A DNA stretch of 64,000 nucleotides from Chiloscyllium plagiosum (taxonomy: Eukaryota). Below are positions 37,401-49,400 of this stretch, one piece after another. Position numbers and translations under genes: made by a program. Within the stretch, counting starts at the first letter, position 1. The number at the start of each line of letters is the position of its first letter. Under the pieces are notes generated by a model that saw nothing but the letters and a program-made list of their open reading frames with translations, made no database searches and was not told where the DNA came from. Where the stretch lies: contig NC_057719.1 of NCBI RefSeq assembly GCF_004010195.1, forward strand, positions 86,040,056 through 86,104,055. The letters are read 5' to 3'.

Positions 37401-40400
37401 AGGGAAGTGTCAGAAAAAAATTAACTGAAAATAAACGTACCCATTTAAGAAAGACAGCCACATTTCAGGTGAGCAAGCAATTTCTTTGAGGTGGTTGAAC
37501 ACTTTTAGAGTTTTCTCTCCTCCTGCCTCTCAATATTGAGACTCAATGCTTCTGCTTCCTAAGCAAGAAGTTATATTCTAACAGTACTGCATGTGTGCTT
37601 AGCCACAAGACTTATAGGACCAATAGAAAGCTGCTTTAGAGAAACCAAGACTTGACTCCAAATCAGAGATTAAGTGTGTTCCATGAGGAGGGAGGCATTA
37701 TAGATAAGGTTTTATAAAGATGTGCATGTTATAAAACAAAGACATTTACAAGCATGCACTGCAATCTGGAAACTTCAGCCACTTTCTGAAATATGCTATT
37801 AGGTCCCCAGCATAATTAACATGGAAGTTGACATAAGACTGAATATTTATTTCCTAGTTCTGATCTCCTTGTAACCACGACTCCATAATGACTATTAGAT
37901 CATATCTATAAACCTGTATTTCTGCCGTTAATTAATTTATTTTGTCCCAAATACCATGTGCATTAAAGTAAATAGCCACTAATTTTGTCTTTTTAACATT
38001 TATCCCCCTTTGGACTCTATTAACTTCTGTTTTCTTTATGTGCACTCAGTGTCTCGCTGCCCGACTCTGGGTTTTATTATCCAAATGGCTTCCCTGTAAT
38101 GCTGCCAGTTCCTTTTGATTTGCAAGCCGACGTTTCCCCTCTCTCAAACCATTCCCCCCCTATTTAACTAGTTTAAAGCCCTCTCTACAGTCTGAGATAT
38201 TCAATTCACCAGGACATGGTTGCAGCACAATTCAAGCAAAGCCCATCTGACCAGAACAGCTCCATTCTACCCCAGTACGGCTCCATGAACCAAAAGCCAT
38301 TCCACTCACACTAATCTTTGAGGTACATATTTAACTCCTTGACTTTACTCACCCTATGCTAGTTTGCCCATGGCCTTAGATAGTAATCCAGAGTTTATTA
38401 CTTTGGAGGTTCTGTTTTTTAAATTTACCTCCTGTTTAAGATCTTTCAGCAATACCTCAATCTAGTCCTACCAATGTCATTGGTACACACATGGATGAGT
38501 TGAGAGTGTGGTGCTGGAAAAGTACAGCAGGTTAGGAAGCATCCAAGGAGCAGGAATTTTTGACATTTCAGGCATATGCCCTTCATCAGGAATGTCGATT
38601 CTCCCACTCGTCGGATACTGTCTGACCTGCTGTGCTTTTCCAGCACCACATTCTCAATTCTGATCTCCAGCATCTGCAGTACTCATTTTCTCCACACACG
38701 TGGATGATGACTACTGGATTCTTTCCTTCAGCCTCAAGGAGATGTCCTTAATCCTGACACTGAGAAGGCAACACATCATTTGGGAATCCCGTTCACTGCT
38801 GAAGAGTATCTATTCTTCTCATTATACTGTTACCTATCACAACAACATTCCTATTTCCTCCAATCACTTCAATGCTTCCTTGCACGAAGGTGCCGTGGTC
38901 AGTTTGCTCATCCTCCCAAGTGGCCCAACTCTGGTCTGCACAGTTTGCAAGAATCTTATAACTGTTGGACAACTTCAGGATTTGAAATTCCTCGACAGTC
39001 CTGTCCCTGATCACATTACCTAGTCTGAGTGGTGTGACTGCCCTCTGGAGCAGGTAACTTTTCCCTTCCCTGATTACATTACATTACATTACATTACATT
39101 ACAGTGTGGAAACAGGCCCTTCGGCCCAACAAGTCCACACTGACCCGCAGAAACGCAACCCACCCATACCCCTACATTTGCCCCTTACCTAACATGGCCA
39201 ATTTGCCTAACCTGCACATCTTTGTGATGTGGGAGGAAACCGGAGCACCCGGAGGAAACCCACGCAGACACGGGGAGAATGTGCAAACTCCACACAGTCA
39301 GTCGCCTAAGGCGGGAATTGAACCCGGGTCTCTGGCGCTGTGAGGCAGCAATGCTAACCATTGTGCCACCGTGCTGCCCACGGTGTAATGTAATGTAATC
39401 TGATCTAGCACAATATATGCAGTTTAGATTCCAGCTCCTCAACTCAGATCCAAAGTTCCTCAAGCTGGAAACACAGTGTTCGCTCTGAATCACATCGGTG
39501 TTCAGCACTAACACATGTTGTAGCGGCAACACAAAATTGGGGGGGCGGATTTGTATCAGAAAATGATTTATTAACAAGAATCCTATGAGTCCAACTCCAG
39601 AATGAAACCTGTCCAAAACTAATTTGAACCCAGGCTTGAAAGCATACAGCTGGGACTCAATTTCCTAGCAGCATGCAAGGATGTACCACTCAGTGGCACT
39701 CATTTCTACTGTTTGCTGGCGAACAGAAAGTTTGCTGGCCAAAGTTAGCCATCCATGGGCCAAGTATTTCTAAGACAGCCCATAAAATGGTATTTGAGGA
39801 AGAAAATTTTAGTATTTTGAGAGGCAGGGACAAAGTCATATTTGGGTTTTGGGTTGAGGGGTCTCTAGAGTTAAGGCTCTTTGGGTTTATAGTCAAGGAC
39901 AGAAAGAGAGTCATGCAGTGTGTGAGGGAGTGAGGGAGCGAGATAGTTGGAAAGAGTTTCAGACCAGGAGAGGGAGAGGGAGGGGAAGACAGAGATAGAT
40001 ACAGAAAGAGAGAGAGAGAGAGAGAAAAAGAGATAGTGAGTCAGACAGAAGGGAACGAAGGAAAGGAGGCAAGAAGACAGAGTCAGACAAAGGAGAGGAA
40101 GAGGGGATCGAGCAAGAGAGAGAAAGCGAGAGTCAGACTGTTGGAGAGAGAGGGAAGGAGCTAGAGAGAGACAGTCAGACAGAGTGAGAGGGAGTGAGGG
40201 AGGGAGCGAGATAGTTGGAGAGAGATTCAAACCGGGAGAGGGAGGGAGCAAGAGAGAGAGCCAAATAGAGGGGAATGAAGGGAAAGAAGTAGGAACAGAG
40301 AGTTAAACAGAGCGTGAGGAAGAGGGTATTGAGCGAGTCAGACAAAAATGGAAGCTGCTTCAAATCACAAAATTAAAAATGTCTTTTGTAGCTGCAAGTT

Positions 40401-43400
40401 CTTGCACAGGAAAATGCAGGCAGTCTTGTTGTAATCTGTGCTTTGATCCCAAGTATGCTGAAGGCAGATTTGTTTCTGTATTAAATGTATCCTATGCTCA
40501 TGAGGCAAAGGTACCTTACCCATTTGCAAAGTAGCAATCTCATCCACACAACTTTCTGTGCTCCTCATAATTAACTGACAGCATTGCCCTCAGTGAACCA
40601 CACTCTTCTAAAAGCTTTCAGACATCATATTCCAACAAAACATACGACAGCAAAGAATGGGACAGCTCACATTCCTGCAGCTGAGCCAACAGAAGATGAT
40701 TGGGCAGAGGAGGAAGAAGCATTATTCACTCAGAACATGGGAGAAAAAGAACAGGAAAAGGATACTGTAGTTACATTAACACATTCAGCATCGACACAAA
40801 TCCTGTGCAACTTGAATACTTTTAAAATTGTTGAGGTGCATTATCAGATGAAATACATTTCATGGAGAGTATGGCAGTATTGTTTGAATTTTCAAGCCTG
40901 AGGTATTTTCAATCCAAGATTTGATTCATAGGCCACAAATTATCTGTCTAATTGAAACTGGGCCCAACTAAGAAAAGCACTTTACTAGTTTTGGAAATAT
41001 TTCACTGCTTCAGAAAGAGGTTAAAATACTGTTATTGACATCACAGGACCCAGATTAGCACTTCTGTATGAGGTTCCCCATTGAGAGCAGTGGGCACCAC
41101 ATCAGTCACCAATAACAGTCACATTAAACGAGTGGAAGCAAAGTAGGAAATGGAACCAATCCAATTTAAATGCTCACTTCTCCATTCTACAAATAGAGAT
41201 TTATAATTTTACTGACTGCCACCATGTGTTCAACAAGTTAGTTCTAAAGGAGCTATTTGTGTCAGATTAGAATCCCTACAGAATGGAAACAGGTCCTTCA
41301 GCCCAACAAGTCCACACCAACCCTCCAAAGAGTAACCCACCCAGACCCATTCCCCAACCCTATATTTAGTCCTGACCGATGCACCAAACACTATGGGCAA
41401 TTTTGTGTGGCTAATTCACCTGACCTGCACATCTTTGGATTGTGGGAGGAAACTGGAACACCCGGAGGAAACCCACGCAGACACGGGGAGAATGTGCAAC
41501 CTCCACACAGACGGTGTCCCGAGGCTGGAATCGAACCCAGGACCCTGGCGCTGTGAGGCAGCAGTGCCAACCACTGAGCCACCATGCCATGAGCTACTGT
41601 GTCTTTGGCATTCAATGTCAAGTCAAGCTTCCACATAAGCTACAGATTGTTAGAATAACTCAGCCTCACCCACTTTGTGTTTCTCAACCCCAGGTACAAC
41701 ATTTACATTTTCCGATGGCTTTGTTGAGTGGGACTGAGCAATCATGTCGATGTTCCATTGGCTTATCCTGAGCCATTGTTGCAGAAACAAATGTGACAAA
41801 GAATCCTCACAGCCAGTAAACAGAGGGAATTTTGATCCCATTAGTTTGGGCTGTATTCTAACCAAATTCGAGAAATGGTAGCACCGTTTTAATTGGTTTG
41901 CTACTGAGCATCGTATTCAGCACAGAGAAGAAATAAAGGAGAGTTGCTGTTCAGGAACATAACATACTTGGCAAGCAAATAAGCCATTCAAAGATAAATT
42001 CCTCAGGCTTCTCCCATTCAACTTCACTGCTGCCACTTCAGAAAAGGTTTGGTGGAAACCAAATTGCCATTCATAAACAATGGAGCAAGAAACACCCCCA
42101 CAGCATTTTCTGGTTACAAGACCAAATTTTAAAAAAGGGTGTTGAATTTATCAAATGTGATCTTTTGGGAACAAAGGGTACACTGGAAGAGTTCTTAGAA
42201 AACCAGAATACATAAAATGTCACAATAAATGTCTGCTAAAGCAAAAAGATGAACACAATTAAAGATGGTACAAACCTTAGGGTTGTCATCTATGATGTGG
42301 CTCTCAGTTTCCCTGAAATTAATAAATTACACAAACAGTTATTGTCAAAAATAAAACTTTACACCTAAATTCTTCCAGCCATAAGTTGCAGTTAACTTCA
42401 ATGTCCCAAGAAGGCATGGGGGTTTGGCTGGGATTTATAAACAAATGCAGGATCTGGATTGGCAGGAATGGATAAATAATTGTGCGCTGCCAACATCTGT
42501 CAGTTCACCTATCATCCCAATCTTGAGTCATTTTCATTGTCATGGTGGGCAGCCAGCAGAAGCCAATCATTGATAACAGTGGGCCTCCATTCCTGCCAAT
42601 AGGGATTTACCATCAGCAATACAGGTGGCCCACAGTAAACTGGATCATGACTATAAAACTTGACAGGCTCAGGGTGTGAAATGGGGGGGTGATGAGTGAT
42701 GAGTCACATAACATTCCACCCAAACCATAATGGCCGGATGTCCCATGATGGTGTTTTAATAATACGATCACAGACAGGCAACCATTTTCGATTAAAAATA
42801 AAATTCACCTCTTTTCAGATGGCACCTCCTGGTCAAGTTCCTTCTCTTTTTCTCAAATATAAAACTGCAGATCCCATTTTCATGGATTGGGTGTTGATTT
42901 ATCAGAGCTGAAAATGTGTTGCTGGAAAAGTGCAGCAGGTCAGGCAGCATCCAAGGAACAGGAGAATTGACGTTTCGGGCATACGCCCTTCTACAGGAAT
43001 CCTGAAGAAGGGCTTATGCCCGAAATGTCGATTCTCCTGTTCCTTGGATGCTGCCTGACCTGCTGCGCTTTTCCAGCAACACATTTTCAGCTCTGATCTC
43101 CAGCATCTGTAGTCCTCACTTTCTCCTGTTGATTTATCAGTGCTGGTAAACCTCCTCTCAACATTCTCATCCCTAATGGAATAACCTCAGCTTTTCCAAT
43201 TCAAACTTGTAACTGAACTTCCTTTCCCCTGAAATTATTTGTGCAAATGTTGTCTGCACCTCTCTAAACCCTTTAGATCCTTCCTAAGTTGCAGGGCCAA
43301 GATGTGTACATAAGACCAGTGCTCCAACTTAGGATAAACCAGTGTGTTTTACAATGATCCACTTAACATTCCTTTGGTTTCTTCTCTATGTCTCTAGTTA

Positions 43401-46400
43401 TAAAACTCAGGATCTTATTGACTTTCTTAATCATTTTCTTAATATGACCCGCCACCTTCAATGATTTATACACATATGCAAAGGTGTCACTATTGCTTCG
43501 TTGCTCAATCTGTGCACTTTATATTGTGTTTCCTCATTTTTCCTATTGAACTGTATCATTTCACATTTCTCAGCAATAAATTAAGCTGTCATTCCAGTTT
43601 GGATCTGATAACTTGGCATAAGTACGCAGCAAATCACAAATCTTCTGAATTTATACAGCTCTAGGCCTTTACAAATTAGGCCACGGGGGCAATTGAGATT
43701 TATTGTTTAGCAACAATTTTTTAAAAAACCAGCTGACTGTACAATATTGTTACCATTGTTATATTATTAATTGTTACCAGAGATTCTAATGGTGAGACTA
43801 TCTTGAGACAAGTTAAGAATAATTCTGGCGATGAGTAACTTAAGTTTTCACTATGGGGGCACATAGTGTTAAAGACAAAACTTAGGGCAATTTAAATTTG
43901 TGATTACGAAATACTGTATCACATTTCTTAGAAACTTTTTAATCCACTTCACAAAAGATAGACTTTTTACTCAGTTGTGAGTGTCTCTGACGAGGCCACC
44001 ATTTATTGATTTATTAATGTCAAAAGGGCAGTTAAGAGGCAACCACCCATGGCTATGGGTCTACGGTCACATTAACTCCAACTGGGTAAGGAAGGCAGAT
44101 TTCTTTCCCTGAAGACATTGGTGAACTCGATGGCTTTTTAACAACAATCATCAGCTGTCACCATTAGGCAAGCTTTTTAATTCCATCTTTTTACTGAATT
44201 CAAATTTCAATGTCTGATATGGTTGAATTCAAATCCATGTCCCCAGAGCATTAACCTGAGCCTAGTGACAATACTACTAGGCTACTGCCTTTCACATAGT
44301 GAAGCACATAGTCTGATTTTATATTGCAGACACTGCACCTAATCTGTACATTACAAAACTGTTCAAGTAACGGAAAGGAGAACCATTAGTTGATCATTTT
44401 CTTCAGATGGTGCTGACCAGTGAAGGAATGTTTCCCAGGGGATATTGGGAAAACTCCTTGCTCTCTTTCTGAACACTATAACATCACTCTTCTATTGCAG
44501 GTCAATGATTCAGGTGAGGGGACTGCTGACAAGACACTGTCTTTGTAACACACTGTTTACAGAGTCGAGAGTGTGGCGCTGAAAAAGCACAGCAGGTCAG
44601 GCAGCATCCGAGGAGCAGGAGAATTGACGTTTTGAGCATAAGCCCTTCATCAGGAATAGGTGTTGTTTACAGAGTCACAGAATAACTATGATGTAGGAAG
44701 AGGCCATTTGGCCAACTGTCTAGACACATGCCCAGTGAGAGCTGACTTACTCTGATAGGTTTGGTTTTTCTGAGAAGACCCTCAGGACAAATTCCCCTTC
44801 TTGGTGAGGATCATATGTTGAAGGGACAATGACATATTCCCCTGGGGGGAGGCTGAAACGTTGCGATACCTCACGCAGGTTGATATATGACTTAGACCTG
44901 CACTTAGATGCCCGGTAGAGGAAGAAATCTTTGGGAAGGTGTTGTTTATTGCCTTGCATCTAGGAAAAAGAAACAAGTGAATAACTCTGGCAGGAATAAG
45001 AAGTCCAGTGTCCTTGGTTAGCAGCAGTAGTTCGGATTCCAATACAATCCCCATTCAATCCATCCCACCCAAAAACATATTGCAAATGCCTGAAGAAATT
45101 GGCCAAACAAGCATGCATTCGGTAAAGATTCTTCTTAGTTTTGTCTCCTTAAAATCATATCTGGCAGCATTTCAATAGCCTACAGGTTGCTCTATTTCTG
45201 GTGCAGACATTTAAATTGTTAAATATACCATTACTCTCTAAATATCCTGAATTGAGTCCATTTATCTGTTTATGATAGTTATTCCTCAATCCAACATACA
45301 TTATTGTCCATTTATCACAGCTTAATTTCATTTTGTTCATGTCTGAGCAATTATATTAGTACTCTGAAACTTTTTTTCATATTTTTTGCTGTACCTTCTC
45401 ACGCTAGAGCTACCCAAATGTATGTTTTATATTTGTTTGTACAAATGATGTGTTTATAAAATTATTGCTTCACATGATATAAGATTACAAAGCAGGATTT
45501 CTCCAGACGCTTGTATGAAGAAATTAACAGAAAATAGTCACTAAAATTAAAACATAATTTCCAAGGATGGTTAGCTAAAGCTAACTAGGTTGCAAATGAC
45601 AAAAAGCACAACCATTTTAGAATAGGCAACACAGCAAGAAAGAGCAAACCAGGCACAGCAAACCAGGAACTGCAAACAAGTCACAGAAAATGTGTTAAAG
45701 CAAATATTCACAACTAATGTTACAGCAAGGGGAGTGTCATTAAAATAAAATGGCAAACAATGCATTACAACATGTTACCCCAATCCATGATTATCATCTG
45801 ATTGCTCATTTACCTCTTTGGGCACCTTTACAAAGAAAAAATGTTAAAATTAATCAACTCCACACAAGTCAAAATTTGCACACACTAAGGTTAATTGACA
45901 AGTTATTATTCATATATGTGTGTGTGTGCGCATGTGTGCGTGTGTTGGGGGGGGGGGTCTGTACATGTGTGGTTGCAAGGTAAAACTGCCCTGAGTCTCT
46001 ACACTTGATCAACGCCCAGTGACTCAGTTACAAAAAACACGCGTGGACTGACAAGTGAGAACAAAATCAACTGAGCTGTGATTTCCTCATCCCAAAGTGA
46101 ATTGGCCTCTCTTATCACGTTAAGAGTAGAGGGGGTTGATCAGATCAGGTTGAAGTTCTGCGGTAGTTGGTTTAGAATGGGAGTGGTCATGTTGGGAAGT
46201 CGTCAGGTCAAGGTAGGAGGTTGTCAGTTTATGTTGGGAATAATCAGGACATGGTCACACAGAGGAGAGTGTCTGGAATGGGCTGCCAGAAGTAGTGGTG
46301 GAAGCAAGTACAATGTTGTCATTCAAGATGCATTTAGACAGGTACATGGTGGAATAGGTTTGGAGGGATATGGACCAAATGCAAGCAAGTGGGGTTTGTG

Positions 46401-49400
46401 TAATTCTGAAAACTGGGCAGCAAGGGCAAGTTGGGCCAAAAAGCCTGTTTCCATGCAACAGACCTTGATGACTCTCTGAAATAAAACCTCCGTCTAACCT
46501 GCAATAAACCTGGGCCAGTCTGAGCCTCCTGAGGTCCTAAGTCTGTATTACAGATCATTGCTTTCTTATCTGAAGCATGTTTCCAATTATATTTTGTGAA
46601 CAAAATATTTTGGTTTAGGTTTCTTTATAGTTTAAGGACCATGTTTTTTTTTAAGTTGTGGACTGAAGTGAGAAAGAACTGTGTTAAAACTAGTGTTTTA
46701 GAAGGATGACTGCAAGCTTTGAAATGAAAGTAACTTGACATCCATGGCAAACATATCATACATAACTCTTAGAGGATACAGTAATTAAAGTAGTTATAGA
46801 CAAACAAGAGCTGAGGATGCTACGAGGTGGCAATAGAAGTTGATTGATCTATGGACTGGTGACCAGTTACAAATGATAAGAAGGGCTTTTTCCTTGCCAA
46901 AACCACATGATTGGTTCTCAGCTAACTAAACTGCTTGAAGCTGGATGCAAGTTACAAAGAAGGGATTTGAACTCCACAAGCTCAGAAGCTGTCTCTCTGT
47001 TCTCTGCAGTCAAAACTCACTTTACTTCTGAAGAAAACCAGTTAATGTTTCCTTCAACATTTTCTGCAGACTATAATAAATAAATCGAAGACAGTTTACA
47101 AGTGAACCAGCCATCCCATGCCTCTTACAAACCAGTGGAAATATTTGGTGGAAGCCAGGTAGAAACTTTCAGATCAGCAAGAACAAAATCAACCATAAAA
47201 ACAAAGAACTGCAGATGCAAAAACAGAAATTGCTGGAGAACTCAGCAGGTCTGGCAGCATCTGTAGGAAGAAAGCAGAGTTAGCATTTCATGTCTTCATT
47301 TTCCTTCCCATGTCTCCGTAACCCTTGGCCCCTAAGTAGAACAAAAATATTTCTACCTCAGCCTTGAATATATTCAATGAGCCAGTCTTCACACTCGCTG
47401 TGGAAGAAAATTCAAAACATCTGAGAGAAGAAATCCTGCCTCATCTCCCACTTATCTCCTTATTTTCAAACTGTCCTTTTGAGTGGCAACACCCTCACAC
47501 CGTTTAACCTGCTAAGCCCATTTAGAATGTTATGATTCAAAAGGATGACCACTCAAAATTCCTCACTCCAGTAAGTAACGGCCCTGTCTCTCGGCTTTTT
47601 GTAATAAGAAATTCCCTTCATCCCAGGAATCAATTAGTGAACCTTCTCTGAATTGCTTCCAATGCAATTATATCCCACCTCAAGTAAGGATAGAGCAGAT
47701 GTGGAAAGAATGTTTCCACTAGTAGGAGAGATTAGGAACATGTGCATAGCTTCACAGTGAAGGGACAACCCTTTAGAACTGAGATGAGGAGGAATTTCTT
47801 CAGGCAGAGGATGGTGAATCTGTAGAACTCATTATTGCAGAAGGCTGTGGAGGCCAAGTCATTGAGTGTATTTAATACAGAGATGGATAGATTCTTGATT
47901 ACCATAGGGATCAAGGCAGGAGAATGGGGTTGAGAAACATATCAGCCATGATCAAATGGTAGAGCAGACTCAATGGTCCGAATGTCTGGGTTCTGCTCCT
48001 ATACCTATGGTCTTAAGGGGAGCAAAGTTGTATACAATACTCAAGGTGTGGTCTCACAGCTGTAGTGAGACTTCCTTTTATATTCCATCCTCCTTATGTT
48101 GTAGTTTGTAGGACCTTGCTGTCTGGCAAATATGCTGCTGTTTTTCAAATTACAATAGGGACTGCACTTCAAAAATATTTCAGTAGTTATTCACAACTCT
48201 TTGAGGTTATGAAAGATTAAATATAAATGCAATTCTTTTGATGACAGCACATTTTAATCTATGAGAACAGCCACTACCTCATTCTGCCTGAAATTAGATG
48301 AGCAATATAATACTAGTCATAGAGTCCTACATCATGGAAACAGGCCTGTTAGCTCAAACTAGTCCATGCTGACCATAATGTCCATCCACGCTAACGCCAT
48401 TTCCCTGTACTTTGTCCATATCCTCCGGAACGTTTCCTATCCATGTATTTGTCCAAACATTCAAATGTTGTTAATGTACCCGCCTCAACCACTTCCTCTG
48501 GCAACTCATTCCATATGCGTACCACCCTCTGTATAAAACAGTGCCCCTCAGGTTCCCTTTGATTCTTTCCCTCTAACCTTAAACTGGTGCCCTCTAGTCC
48601 TTGATTCCCCAATCTTAGGAAAAAGACTGACTGCATTCATCCTATCCATTCACCGTCTTATACACTTCTATAAGGTCCCGCCTCAGTCTCCTATGCACTG
48701 AAGAAAAAAGTCCTAGCTTGTCCAACCTTCCCCTATAATACAGATCATTGAGTCCTGGTAACATCCTTGTAAATTTCTTCTGCACTCTTTCCAGTTTAAT
48801 AACATCCTTCCTATAGAAAAGTGACCAAAACTGAACACAATACTCCAAATGCGGCCTCACCAACATCCTGTACAAATGCAACATAACTTCTCAACTTCTA
48901 TACTCAATGCCCTGACTGATGAAAGCCAATGATGCCAGAAGCCTTCCTCACTGTCTACGATACCGCCTATTTTATTGTCATCTACAAACTTACTAATCAT
49001 GCCTTGTATATTCTCATCCAAATCATTGATATAGATAACAAACACTAATAGGTACAACACTGACCCCTGAGGCACTCCACTAGTCACAGGCCTCCAGTCC
49101 AATAAGCATCCTTCCCCTATTACCCTCTGCTTCCTACCATCAAGCCAATTGTGTATCCAATTTGCCACCTCCCCCTGGATTCCATGCAATCTAACCTTCT
49201 AGAGCAGCCCATTATGTGGAACCTTATCAAAAGCCTTGGTGAAATCCATACAGACTACATCTACCACCCTGCTCTCATCAACCTTCCAGGTCACTTCGTC
49301 AAAGAACTCATAATAAATTTGTGAGGTATGGTCTCCCACACAGAAAGCCATACTGACTACTCCTAATCAAACCCTGTCTTTCCAAATGCATGCATATCTT

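Larger units (their letters stand above)
37960..39480 (-). mobile_element. CR1-like LINE 5' part (ORF1, SGNH-esterase type), interrupted by a PLE and a SINE
   Basis: [13 protein letters not shown] and [10 protein letters not shown] motifs. Confidence 0.75.

Noticed and set aside
39871-40363. Ser/Leu-rich ORFs (and similar Phe/Leu-rich ORFs at 50726-51130 and 61026-61286)
   Set aside because: Translations of purine/pyrimidine low-complexity tracts.
40520-40574. 55-nt exon-like segment with gtaagg donor ([18 protein letters not shown])
   Set aside because: Weak acceptor, out of phase with flanking exons, no calpain similarity.
41707-41718. Alternative 12-nt micro-exon candidate (PSEN)
   Set aside because: No pyrimidine tract before the AG; much weaker than the 41178-41186 candidate.
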